DNA of 64,000 nt from Methanomassiliicoccaceae archaeon (GTDB lineage Archaea > Thermoplasmatota > Thermoplasmata > Methanomassiliicoccales > Methanomassiliicoccaceae). The notes under the pieces were generated by a model, which did no database searches, was not told the DNA's origin, and saw only the letters and a program-made list of their open reading frames with translations. Shown here in pieces: positions 26,731 through 36,650 of the stretch (its first letter is position 1; each line of letters starts with the position of its first letter). The translations under genes and the position numbers were made by a program. The stretch is from positions 480,001 to 544,000 of the forward strand of contig JAXGZN010000001.1 in the NCBI GenBank assembly GCA_040776945.1, given 5' to 3'.

Positions 26731-28392
26731 TCAGATCGCCTCCTTCCTCTTCTTGGTCAAGTAGCGCAGCATCAGCATGAAGACATACGATACGATGATG
26801 AGGACGATGCATGCCAGCCCAGCTTGGAAGAAGGCGTCCGAGCGCACCAAGGATACGATGAACACCGGCGCGGTCGGAGCATCGTTTCCCAATATGGCCT
26901 GCGTCGCGCCTGTTTCGCCCAGGCTTCGGGTGAACGCCATGATGGCCCCAGCAAGGATAGATCCCTTGATAAGAGGGTAGAGGACGCGGCGGAAGGACTG
27001 GGTGGGGCTTGCGCCCAGTGTCCTGGCGGTCTCCTCATAGGACGGGTCTATCTCCTCCACCGCCCCGGCGACGTTCCTGACCACCAGAGGGTATGTGAAC
27101 GCGACGTGGGCAAGTATCAATATTATGAGCTCAAGCTCTCCGAGAGAGCCGGCCGAGCCCCAAAAAAGGCTGAGAGATATCCCCAAAGCGGCGGTGGGCA
27201 CGATGAGCGGGACGTTCACTAGCACATCCAGAACATGTGAGGAACGGCGTTCCCGGTTCTTCGAGATGTGCATTGCGAACGGTATCCCCAATGCGATATC
27301 TATCAACGTGACGATGCCGGCGACGAGGAAAGAGATGCCCAGGGCATGGAAGAACTGACCCCACTCCACTTCCTGGGGGGAGGAGAACAGGACATAGGTG
27401 AAGATGAAGAACGACGGCACCAGGACGATCATCGCCAGGAAGAACAGCGCGGTGCCGTCCTTCAACTTCGGAAATACGCCGCGGCTGAGCATCTTCTCCG
27501 GCATCGGCCACACTCTGCGCATCGGAAGATGAAGCTTCATGATGATGAGCTTGAGGATCACCAAGAGCACGAGCGCCAGGACTATGAGCAGTATGCTCAC
27601 GAACGCCAGCGCCGGCATATAGCTGGGATCGGAGAAGGACAGCGTCCTCCAGTCGCCTATTAGCGTCGGTCCGGTGGCGAAACCGCTCGCCAACGGGTTC
27701 CCCAGGCGGTTCATGGTGCTCAAGGCGATCATCGTTCCACCGGTCTCGCTCATGCTGCGCGAGAAACACAATATGACGCCGGTGGCCAGGCCTGCACGGA
27801 ACAGCGGCAGGGTTATAGTGCGGGCGGCGGTGAGACGACTCGCCCCCAGCGTCCTTCCGGCGGTCTCGTAGGTCTCGTCGATCTCTTCCAAGATGGCCGC
27901 CAGGGATCGGACCATGTATGGATAGGAGAACACCACGTGCAGCAGGACGATGAGGACGAAGGGCGAGGATATCAGGGAGATGGAGAAGGGAGGCGGAGAG
28001 GGGTCGGCGACCCAGAAGATCGCCGCAGAGAAACCAAGGGCGGCGGTAGGCACTACCAACGGCATATCGATCAAGGTATCAAGGAGCTCCTTTCCCTTGA
28101 ACTCCTTCCTTGCCAACATCCATGCTATGGGCAGTCCGGCAAGAAAGTCGATCACCGTTACTATCGCGGCGATGGCGAAAGATGCGATGATGGCGTCCCA
28201 TATGATGCTCATCATCTCCGGATCGCTGAGGACCGTGAGGCTGATCGCTTTCCAGTCAGTGAATGCGTAGGTGACAACGTACACCGTCGGCAGGATGACG
28301 AAAAACAGGAAGAAGGCGATGATGAATAGGCTCCATCCCTTGCGGAACTCCTTCCGGTTGACGAGCTCTAGGAACTGGTCCAGTCGATTCAT
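26731..28392 (-). CDS. ABC transporter permease, two fused TM domains
   Basis: Duplicated PL(V/I)VPTAALG motif and EAA loops (YETAGRTLGAS, YEETARTLGAS). Confidence 0.93.
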   Translation of the reverse strand: MNRLDQFLELVNRKEFRKGWSLFIIAFFLFFVILPTVYVVTYAFTDWKAISLTVLSDPEMMSIIWDAIIASFAIAAIVTVIDFLAGLPIAWMLARKEFKGKELLDTLIDMPLVVPTAALGFSAAIFWVADPSPPPFSISLISSPFVLIVLLHVVFSYPYMVRSLAAILEEIDETYETAGRTLGASRLTAARTITLPLFRAGLATGVILCFSRSMSETGGTMIALSTMNRLGNPLASGFATGPTLIGDWRTLSFSDPSYMPALAFVSILLIVLALVLLVILKLIIMKLHLPMRRVWPMPEKMLSRGVFPKLKDGTALFFLAMIVLVPSFFIFTYVLFSSPQEVEWGQFFHALGISFLVAGIVTLIDIALGIPFAMHISKNRERRSSHVLDVLVNVPLIVPTAALGISLSLFWGSAGSLGELELIILILAHVAFTYPLVVRNVAGAVEEIDPSYEETARTLGASPTQSFRRVLYPLIKGSILAGAIMAFTRSLGETGATQAILGNDAPTAPVFIVSLVRSDAFFQAGLACIVLIIVSYVFMLMLRYLTKKRKEAI

Positions 28393-28468
28393 TGCTCAGC
28401 CCTGCAGGTCTCAGCTCCGGTAGAGGATGGAGCGATAAATAACTAATGACCGCGCCACGGCCTCATCA

Positions 28469-29443
28469 TCACGTCCGGGCCACTATCTGGTCTTTGACCG
28501 CTTGGCCTCTAGCCACCACACAGTCCGGCCCAATGATGCTGCCTTGGACCTTCGCCCCTTCCTCGATGAGCGCTCCTCTCAGTACCATGCTCTCGGAGAC
28601 CTCCGCTCCCTTGGATATCAGCACGTCGTCCTCAATGTACACATGGGGGCCGATCCGGCAACCCCGGAGGTGCGATCGCTGGACCATGTTGACGCCCGTC
28701 AGCATAGCGTCGTCCTCCTTGATCATCTCAGGAGATATCCTCCCTCCTCCAAGGTCCAAGAGGGTCCGTTGGGCGACCAGTATGTTCTCCCTGGTGCCGC
28801 AATCTATCCAATGGCCCTTGAACTCATACCCATGGAGCCCCTTGTTCAGTATTTTGGGGAAGACGTCCCGCTCCAGGGAAACGACACCCGCCGGTATATG
28901 GTCGAGCAACTCCTTCTCGAAGATGTATACCCCGGCGTTAATGGAGTTGGATATCGCCTCCTCTTTCGCCGGCTTCTCCTGGAAGGAGGTTATGCGCCCC
29001 CTCGAGTCCCTGCCCACGACCCCGAAGGCCGACGGATCGTCCACCCTCCACAGCGCCATGGTCCCTATGCCGCCGTGCTCACGGTGGTGGTGGAGCATGT
29101 CGTTGAGGTCCACCGAACATACTACGTCCCCATTGAAGGCGATGAAAGTGTCATTGATATAGTGCGCCACGTTCTTCACCGCGCCGCCAGTGCCGAGCGG
29201 CGCCTCCTCGTTCACCAGGACGACCTTGCGGCCGACATCGTGAGAGCTGAAGTATGCGTCCAGAGCATCTTTCATGTACGACACGGCAAGGACCACTGTG
29301 TCCACCTCAGCAGGAAGCGGATCGATGATGTGATCGACTAGCGGCCTGCCAAGCAAAGGTATCAGAGGCTTGGGCATCCTGTAGGTGAGCGGCCTGAGGC
29401 GGGTGCCTAGGCCCCCGGCCAGGATGAGCGCTTTCATCTCCAC
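28469..29443 (-). CDS. NDP-sugar pyrophosphorylase (mannose-1-phosphate guanylyltransferase-like) with LbH tail
   Basis: ILAGGLGTRLRPLT...PKPL, PLGTGGA, NGD, FQEKP, hexapeptide repeats. Confidence 0.92.
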   Translation of the reverse strand: MEMKALILAGGLGTRLRPLTYRMPKPLIPLLGRPLVDHIIDPLPAEVDTVVLAVSYMKDALDAYFSSHDVGRKVVLVNEEAPLGTGGAVKNVAHYINDTFIAFNGDVVCSVDLNDMLHHHREHGGIGTMALWRVDDPSAFGVVGRDSRGRITSFQEKPAKEEAISNSINAGVYIFEKELLDHIPAGVVSLERDVFPKILNKGLHGYEFKGHWIDCGTRENILVAQRTLLDLGGGRISPEMIKEDDAMLTGVNMVQRSHLRGCRIGPHVYIEDDVLISKGAEVSESMVLRGALIEEGAKVQGSIIGPDCVVARGQAVKDQIVART

Positions 29444-29468
29444 TCGGGCCTGAGGGGATCGATGCGGT

Positions 29469-29684
29469 TCACAACGGGGAGATGCTCACGACATTATTGC
29501 CGCGCAGGACCACTATCCCCAGTCGCCTGGTCTGCTCGGAGGTCCGCTCCTCGGTGTCCTCGAGGACCATGTTCATATAATCATCGTAACCGACCAGCTT
29601 CCCCTCGAGGACCCTGGTGTCCTTGAGCAGGAGGGAGATCCGGTGGTCCATCGACTTCTCGAGCAGAGCGAGCGGCATCACCAT
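29469..29684 (-). CDS. Sm-like (Lsm) RNA-binding protein
   Basis: GKLVGYDDYMNMVL (Sm1) and VVLRGNNVVSISP (Sm2). Confidence 0.95.
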   Translation of the reverse strand: MVMPLALLEKSMDHRISLLLKDTRVLEGKLVGYDDYMNMVLEDTEERTSEQTRRLGIVVLRGNNVVSISPL

Positions 29685-29835
29685 AAATAATCACTTATCT
29701 TGGCATTGTAGGGGCGTAATTTAAGCTTTCCGCAGGAGCGAGGAGGGACCAAGCGGCCCCAGGGCGGTCCTTCCATTCCGATGGTCGGACCTCAGAATAC
29801 ATTATATCCGATGATATTATTCAAAACTAGCACTC

Positions 29836-31635
29836 ATGGACGCGGAGACCCGGCTGATCCTCGACATCGCCCTCATACTTGGTTCGGCGGGGCTGCTCAG
29901 CATCGTCTTCGGGAAGCTTAGGCTGCCAACGGTCATCGGGTATCTTGCTGGGGGCGTCCTTTTAGGCTCCAGCGTTGTGCAGGGCCTTCAGATGGATCAA
30001 GCGACGCTTTCCATCTTCTCCACCATTGGCATAATCCTGCTGATGTTCTTCATCGGCATCGAGTTGAACCTCAAGGGGCTCCGCCATACCGGGCCGGCGG
30101 CGTTCCTCATCGTTTCCATCGAGATGACCATCGTGGTCATCGTCGGCTACTATTTTGGCCTGTTCATCGGTCTGGATGATACCCAAGCGATCTTCCTGGG
30201 AGCCATCCTCTCCGGCGCCAGCACAGCCGCTGTCCTGTTGGTCGCCAAGGGGAACGGGCACATCGACCGTGATCTATCCAGGGCGCTGATGTCCATCATG
30301 GTGTTCGAGGACATCGCGCAGATCATCATCCTAACGCTGGCATCGCCGATGGCCACCGGCACCGTGGCGGCCCCTGGAGCGGAATACTGGATAGTCCTGG
30401 AGATCGTTGCCTTCATGGGTCTGACCGTCCTGATCGGCCTCATGGTCCTGCCTCGCGGCCTGGACTGGCTGCGGAGGAACTACACCAAGGAGACGGTCCT
30501 CATCGTTTCCCTGGCGCTGTGCTTCGTGATGGCCTTCATCTCCGGGTTCATCGGACTTTCGGTCGCCATCGGCGCCTTCCTCGCAGGCCTCATCATCTCA
30601 GAGTCCTCATGCAGCGACCTCGTCCGGCGGAGGATCGAGCCGATGAAGGAGGTGTTCATCGCCATCTTTTTCATCGCCATCGGCATGCGCATCGATGTCG
30701 GGATGGTGGCCGGCAACATCCTGCTTTGCCTTGGCATCGCCGCGGTGTTCATCGTTACCAAGATGTCGTCCATCCTGTTCGCCTCCTACCTCACGACGAT
30801 GGACCCGCGCTCTTCCTTCTATCTTTCGACCAGCATGGTGGCGATGGGCGAGTTCGGTTTCATAATAGCCACCCTTGGTCTGGGGGCGGGGATCCTGGAC
30901 CTTGAGCTGTACTCTACGATCATAGGGGCCGCCCTAATTACTATGATCGCGCTACCTCTGCTGTCGCGGTCCGCACCGCAGATATATGAGCGCGCCTCGA
31001 GGGCCTCGCCGTCCTGGGCCTACGAAGCTATGCGCCGCATGGAAGGGACCAGGGCCGAGGTCCGGAGGAAGTTGGACATCTCCCCGGAATTTCGCCTGGG
31101 GGTCCGGCAGCAGCTGCTGCTCATCTTCGTGGACCTCATTTTCATCATCACCATGCTCATCGTGTTCAACCTGATACCAGTGGTGAGGGCCGCCATATCG
31201 CCCGTGGCCGGGGAGATGCATATCCTGCCTTCCCTGCTGCTTTTCATAACCACCGTGATCCTCATATCCCCGGTGGTGGTGAACATCGTGGCACGACTGC
31301 GGCTCATCGCGTTCATCATCATGATCAACGTCTCCGAGGGGGGCCGCCACTCCATCTCCGGGCGCATGCGGATCTATCGCATATTTAGGAACGCGGGCCA
31401 GATACTGGTACTGGTCGTGCTCCTGCTCATGTTCGCGCCCTTCCTTCCGCCGGTCGGGATATTGGATGCCACCGCCGTCCTGGCCCTGGTCTTCATGGTG
31501 GCCATGTTGTCCGTTCTGTCGTGGGGCGTGCTGCGTCCGGCGTTCGACCGTGCCTCCTCGGCCTTCATGGCCAGACTGGTCCTGATGAACGACAGGGACA
31601 ATGGGTCCGAGGATAGGGCGTACTGCGATGACTAG
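29836..31635 (+). CDS. Cation:proton antiporter (CPA2/KefB family) with extra C-terminal TM region
   Basis: LPTVIGYL, GIILLMFFIGIE, VFEDI, GAFLAG, GEFGFII. Confidence 0.9.
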   Translation: MDAETRLILDIALILGSAGLLSIVFGKLRLPTVIGYLAGGVLLGSSVVQGLQMDQATLSIFSTIGIILLMFFIGIELNLKGLRHTGPAAFLIVSIEMTIVVIVGYYFGLFIGLDDTQAIFLGAILSGASTAAVLLVAKGNGHIDRDLSRALMSIMVFEDIAQIIILTLASPMATGTVAAPGAEYWIVLEIVAFMGLTVLIGLMVLPRGLDWLRRNYTKETVLIVSLALCFVMAFISGFIGLSVAIGAFLAGLIISESSCSDLVRRRIEPMKEVFIAIFFIAIGMRIDVGMVAGNILLCLGIAAVFIVTKMSSILFASYLTTMDPRSSFYLSTSMVAMGEFGFIIATLGLGAGILDLELYSTIIGAALITMIALPLLSRSAPQIYERASRASPSWAYEAMRRMEGTRAEVRRKLDISPEFRLGVRQQLLLIFVDLIFIITMLIVFNLIPVVRAAISPVAGEMHILPSLLLFITTVILISPVVVNIVARLRLIAFIIMINVSEGGRHSISGRMRIYRIFRNAGQILVLVVLLLMFAPFLPPVGILDATAVLALVFMVAMLSVLSWGVLRPAFDRASSAFMARLVLMNDRDNGSEDRAYCDD

Positions 31636-32144
31636 GGCTCCGAGCCCTTGGCCTTTTCCTCCATCCACCGCTTGACCGCGTTCCTGCTGGTACCCTCCAC
31701 CCCGAAGTACTCGCAGAACCGCTTGGTCGTCGTCAGTAGGAGGGTCTGCCCCTGCTTCTTGGCGGCGACCAGGCCAAGCTGCTGCAGCGTCCGTACATCA
31801 TCGTACACTCGGCTTCCCAAGGACCGCGCCAGGTCGCTCTGCAATATAGGTTGATGGTAGGCGATCATCGCCGCAGCGCGAAGGACCTCGTCCGGCACCT
31901 CTTTGGGAGCGAACTGCCGGCCGAAGGGGCGGTATGCCTCTCTGACAATGAACGCGTATCCCGCTCCGGTCCGCGCGACCTGAATGGCCGAACCCCGGCC
32001 GTCGTATTCTTCTTCCAACTTCTTCAGTGCCCGGCGCACCACCGTCCCGGTGAGCTGCGTCTGCACCTCGATGTCGGAGACCTTGACTGGCTGGGCCGCG
32101 GAGAACAGTACCGTCTCCACGATGCGGACGGGGTCCAGGTCCAC
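31632..32144 (-). CDS. scpB: SMC-Scp complex subunit ScpB
   Basis: IVETVLFS, MIAYHQPI, TTKRFCEYFG; operon with scpA and smc. Confidence 0.92.
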   Translation of the reverse strand: MDLDPVRIVETVLFSAAQPVKVSDIEVQTQLTGTVVRRALKKLEEEYDGRGSAIQVARTGAGYAFIVREAYRPFGRQFAPKEVPDEVLRAAAMIAYHQPILQSDLARSLGSRVYDDVRTLQQLGLVAAKKQGQTLLLTTTKRFCEYFGVEGTSRNAVKRWMEEKAKGSEP

Positions 32145-32145
32145 C

Positions 32146-33051
32146 TCACATCACCGCTTCCTTGCTCCGAGGAAGGACCTGGGGAGCGGGTTCGGGGGCC
32201 GCGTCCTCCAGCGTCCCGATGTCCCAGTCCAGCTTCACTTCGAGCTTAATGGTGCCGAAGGGGCTGTCGTCCTGCCACACCGAGATGCGGCCGCTCCTTG
32301 CGAGGAAGAGGATGGACATCAACACCGTGACAAGATCCTCGCGTCCCCCGTTCCAGATATCGTTGATGTCCACCGGCCCAGATCCGCATCTGGAGATGCG
32401 CTGCCACACATTCTCGACATCCCTCTCCAGGTCATCATTGTGGGCCTTGGTATCGAAGGCGCCCTCCATCTTGGCGCGATTGGCCTCGCGGATGCGCTCT
32501 CGGATCGCGTTGCGCTCTTCCTCCTCCCGGGCCTCCTGGAAGGCATCTAGCAGCTCCAGCAGGGTGACCGGCCTCGAGCCGCGATGACGGACCACCTCGT
32601 CCAGCTCGATCTCGTCAGGGAGAACGAGAACCCGGCGGGGCTCGTCCGTCTCGAACAGGTCCATGCCCTCCAGGTCGTCCATGCAATCTCCGGACGGTCC
32701 CTCGGAGCCGCTGAGCACCTGCTCGCTCTGCATGCGCAGGATGGACCACGCCATCAGCATGAGCTTGCCCGCCAGGACGAAGTTGACCTCCTCTTCCCGT
32801 ACCCGCTCAGCGTACAGCTTGCTGAACTTCAAGAGGTCGATGTCCCAGGGATCGAGGTCGTTGGACAGCACCAGTTCGAACACCGTCTCGATAGAGCGGT
32901 CCAGAGGATCACGGGACGGCGGCGAGGTGCCTGCGCTCCGCAGCACCGAAAGATAGCGATCTATCTTCTCCGAACCCTTGCTCTCGTCGATCATCGCCTT
33001 GTGGAACAGCAGGTGCCCCAGCACCCCTTCCGCGGCATCGCAGGCCATCAT
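32146..33051 (-). CDS. scpA: Kleisin ScpA
   Basis: DPWDIDL, RPVTLLELLDA, SILFLARSGRISVWQDDSPFG. Confidence 0.9.
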   Translation of the reverse strand: MMACDAAEGVLGHLLFHKAMIDESKGSEKIDRYLSVLRSAGTSPPSRDPLDRSIETVFELVLSNDLDPWDIDLLKFSKLYAERVREEEVNFVLAGKLMLMAWSILRMQSEQVLSGSEGPSGDCMDDLEGMDLFETDEPRRVLVLPDEIELDEVVRHRGSRPVTLLELLDAFQEAREEEERNAIRERIREANRAKMEGAFDTKAHNDDLERDVENVWQRISRCGSGPVDINDIWNGGREDLVTVLMSILFLARSGRISVWQDDSPFGTIKLEVKLDWDIGTLEDAAPEPAPQVLPRSKEAVM

Positions 33052-36000
33052 GGTGATTCCTCCATCTTCTCTTCCGCTATCTTGAGCTCGGCCGGAAGCT
33101 CGCTCACATCGGAGATGTTGGGGCGGATTATCACATGGGATATGCCGCCCTCCTGCTTGGTGACCCCGATAATGTGGTCGGCCTTGGTGAGAGTTATCTT
33201 TCTCAGCGATATCTGAACGAACTGCGCGGTCTTGGACGATTTTTGGACCCGTCTCGCGACCATGTCCGCATTGATGCCGTCCAGGAACATGTCCACCTCG
33301 TCCAAGAGATAGAACGGCGACGGCTGGAACTCTTGGATGGCGAAGATGAAGGCGAGCGCGGTCAGCGACTTCTCCCCACCGCTCAGCGCTTCCAGCCTGA
33401 GGACCTTTCCCTGCTTGGGCTTGGCCTTGATCGCCAGTCCTCCCTGGAACGGCTCCTCGGGGTCCTCCAGAAGTAGCTCGGCCTCTCCTCCTTGGGAAAG
33501 GTCGGCGTATGCCCGGCGGAAGTTTTGGTTGACCGCATCATAGACCTTAATGAGAGCGCCCTTCTTCTTATGGTTCAGCTCCCCCTCCAGCTTGAGGAGG
33601 TCTCTGCGCTGGGCCTCCAGCCTCCGGGTCTCGGCGCTCAGCTCGTCGTGCCTCGCCTTCTTCTCGGAGTAGTCGTCCACCGCCTTGAGGTTGACCGGAC
33701 CCATGGACGCTATGGCGGCATCGCACTGCCGTATGATGTCCTTCAGATGGTCGATCGACGGCGCCGGGAGATCGACCTGAACGCCGAGCTGCTTGAGCTC
33801 CTCTTCCAGCTCCCCTATGCGAACCTGCCCCTGAGCGATGCGGGTGTTCAGCCCGATGATGATCTCGGCCTTCGTCTCCACGGTCCCGGTTATGCGGTCC
33901 CTCTCCCCTTCCAGGCCGGTCTTCTCGCGGAAGAGCGATTCCTTCCTCTGCCGGAGACCGATCATCTCCTGTCCCATGGAGTCCTCGATCTTGCGGAGGG
34001 CTGCAAGGTCGGTCCGCGCGCGGACCGCCTGACCATTCGCCTCCTCGCCCTCTCTCTTCAGCCGGGCGAGCTTATCGGCAAGCTGCCTCCCGGCGTCCGC
34101 GAGCTCATCGCGGCGCTTCTGGGTCAGCTTGATCCTCGCATCCAGGGTGTCCCTGGCGGAGCGCATCTCAGAGGCGCCCGCGGTCAGCCCGGCGACCTCG
34201 TCCTGAAGAGACTTGAGCTTCTGCGAAAGCTCGCGCGGGGCGAGCCTTTCCAGCTTCGCCCTCGCCTCGTCCCGGCCAGCCCTAAGGTCGGCGAGGTCCT
34301 TCTCTGACCTCGTGATCTTGTCCACCAGCTCGGCCAGCGCACTTAAGGTCTGGGCCATCTCCTCGGCCCTCCTGCCCTTCTCCGCGGTGGCCTGGGCCAG
34401 CTTGGCCCTCAGCTCGTCCCTCTGACGCTCCAGGGCCTTGAGGGTGACCGACGACGCGCCGCCGGCCCCGGTCAGCTCTCGGATCCGAGCCTCCAGTACC
34501 ATCATGTCCGAGCGCAACTGGGACAGGTCCGCCTGAAGCTTGGTGGACGACTGGATAGCCGCGTCCAGCTTGGCAGAGGCCTCCTCGATCTTGCCCTTCG
34601 CGGCCGCACCGAACCTCAGCTGGGACTGCTCCACGTTGCCGCCCACCATGGCCCCCGAGGCCTCCAGCAGCTCGCCTCCCTGGGTGACCAGGCGCACCCC
34701 TCCCATGAGACGGCGCGCCTTATCCAGGGTGTCCACGACGACGGTGTCCCCGAGCACGTACCAGAACGCCGCGCGGTATCTCTCATCGAACTTCACCAGG
34801 TCGATGGCAAAACCCGCGGCATCCTTGGCGGCCATGATGGCCTTTCCCCTCGGACGGCCGTCCAGCATCTTGGTCAGGGGCAGGAAGGTGGCCCTGCCCA
34901 GGCCGTTCCGCTTCAAGTGCTGTATGCACTGCGACGCAACCTCGTCATCATCGACCACGATGGCCTGCATGCGGTTCCCGGCGGCGATGTTCAGCGCCGT
35001 CTGGTATCGCGGATCCACCTCTGCCAGCTCGGCGATGGTGCCGTGCACGCCCCTGATCGTCCTAGAGTCCCGCGCCTCCATGATCCCGCGCACCGCGCGG
35101 TTGTAGCCCCGGGCGATCTCCCCGGCAGCCTCCTCCTCTGCCTTCAGCCTGGAAACCTCCCGCTGCAACGATTTGATCGCCTGCTCCAGCTCGTTGGACT
35201 CGCGGGCCATCCGGGACTCGGCGCCCTTCTTCTGGAGGTATTCCTCTTGCAAGGCCTTGAGCTCTTTTCCCGAGCCCCGGTCCTGGTCCTTGATCTCCTT
35301 GATCTTCCACTCCGCGTCGGTGACCCCGAACTCATGGGCCTTGAGGTCCTCGTCGAACTCGGCCGCCTCCGATGCCAGACGGTCCCTGCGGCCTTCAAGG
35401 CGTTCCTTCTCCATGCTGAGCTTGTTCAACGCCTCCTCGTTCTCCCTGACCGCCTTCTCGCGGGCCGCGATGTCGCCCTCCAGCGCTGCCAGTTCGGTAT
35501 CGCAGGCGCTTATCTTGCCCTGCACCTCAGCCAACTGCTCCTTTCTGGAGGCCAGGTCGGCGACGGCCTTCTCCAGCAGCGCGGCCTTCGCATCGTGGTC
35601 GGAGACCAGAGAGGTCACCTCGGCTGCGGTTGCCCTCTCCTCCTCGGCCTTATCCTCTATCTCCGCTCCAACCTCCAACGCTCCCTGTTCGGACGAGGCG
35701 GCGCGGTCCTCCGACCGGGCCACAAGGATCTTGATGGCATCGATCCTCTCTTTTAGCTCACGGAACTCCTTACCTCCTTTGGCCTCGAGCTCGCGGTCGG
35801 TGTCCGCCATCCCTTGGTCCAGTTGTCCGATGCGCTCGGCTATGGCACCCTTCCGCTCCCTTAGCTTCACGACCTCGGCCTGGATATTGGCGATCTGCCT
35901 TTGGACGCTGACGATCTCCACCTCGGCGGCCTCCTTCTGCCTGTGGGCCAGCTGGGCCTTGGAGCGCGTGAGCGTCTCCCTGGTCCGGAGATAGGTCATA

Positions 36001-36650
36001 GCCACCTCCTTTTCCTGCTCCAATTGGTCGATCTGCCGCTGCAGCTCAGAAAGGATGATCGAGATGCGCTCGATGTTGGCGTCTGCCTCGTCCCTCTCCC
36101 CCTGGGCCTTCATGATCTCCTCGTCGAACTTGGAGATCCCGGAGATATCGTCCAGGATCCTCCGCCGCTCGAGATTGGACATGGTCACCACGCGGGTGAC
36201 GTCGCCCTGCTGGACGAAGTTGTAGCCGTCGGCGCTGATGCGGGCGTTGGAGAGCAGCATGTCGAACTCTCCCAAGGATGACCTGCGGTCGTTCACATAG
36301 AAGTAAGAGCTGTACCCGTCACCCTCGGAGGCCGTCTTCACCAGCCGGGTCAGGCGCACGGTGTCGTCATCGATGGGTATCAGGCGGTCCTTGTTGTCGA
36401 ACACCAGGGAGACCTTGCAGTGGTCGGCCGGACGTTTGCTGCTGCCTCCGTTGAATATGAGATCGGTTAGCTTTCCGGCACGTATCGCCCGCGAACTCTT
36501 GGGCCCGAGCACAAAAAGTATGGCGTCGGAGATGTTGGACTTCCCCGATCCATTGGGCCCGGTGACCGCGGTGTAGCCCTCCAGTAGAGGGACCGTCAGC
36601 TTCCTGCCGAAAGACTTGAAGTTCTCCAGCTCGATCTGTCTAAGGTACAT
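33048..36650 (-). CDS. smc: Chromosome segregation protein SMC
   Basis: GPNGSGKSN, coiled coils, hinge GRATFLPL, LSGGEKS, LDEVD. Confidence 0.98.
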   Translation of the reverse strand: MYLRQIELENFKSFGRKLTVPLLEGYTAVTGPNGSGKSNISDAILFVLGPKSSRAIRAGKLTDLIFNGGSSKRPADHCKVSLVFDNKDRLIPIDDDTVRLTRLVKTASEGDGYSSYFYVNDRRSSLGEFDMLLSNARISADGYNFVQQGDVTRVVTMSNLERRRILDDISGISKFDEEIMKAQGERDEADANIERISIILSELQRQIDQLEQEKEVAMTYLRTRETLTRSKAQLAHRQKEAAEVEIVSVQRQIANIQAEVVKLRERKGAIAERIGQLDQGMADTDRELEAKGGKEFRELKERIDAIKILVARSEDRAASSEQGALEVGAEIEDKAEEERATAAEVTSLVSDHDAKAALLEKAVADLASRKEQLAEVQGKISACDTELAALEGDIAAREKAVRENEEALNKLSMEKERLEGRRDRLASEAAEFDEDLKAHEFGVTDAEWKIKEIKDQDRGSGKELKALQEEYLQKKGAESRMARESNELEQAIKSLQREVSRLKAEEEAAGEIARGYNRAVRGIMEARDSRTIRGVHGTIAELAEVDPRYQTALNIAAGNRMQAIVVDDDEVASQCIQHLKRNGLGRATFLPLTKMLDGRPRGKAIMAAKDAAGFAIDLVKFDERYRAAFWYVLGDTVVVDTLDKARRLMGGVRLVTQGGELLEASGAMVGGNVEQSQLRFGAAAKGKIEEASAKLDAAIQSSTKLQADLSQLRSDMMVLEARIRELTGAGGASSVTLKALERQRDELRAKLAQATAEKGRRAEEMAQTLSALAELVDKITRSEKDLADLRAGRDEARAKLERLAPRELSQKLKSLQDEVAGLTAGASEMRSARDTLDARIKLTQKRRDELADAGRQLADKLARLKREGEEANGQAVRARTDLAALRKIEDSMGQEMIGLRQRKESLFREKTGLEGERDRITGTVETKAEIIIGLNTRIAQGQVRIGELEEELKQLGVQVDLPAPSIDHLKDIIRQCDAAIASMGPVNLKAVDDYSEKKARHDELSAETRRLEAQRRDLLKLEGELNHKKKGALIKVYDAVNQNFRRAYADLSQGGEAELLLEDPEEPFQGGLAIKAKPKQGKVLRLEALSGGEKSLTALAFIFAIQEFQPSPFYLLDEVDMFLDGINADMVARRVQKSSKTAQFVQISLRKITLTKADHIIGVTKQEGGISHVIIRPNISDVSELPAELKIAEEKMEESP

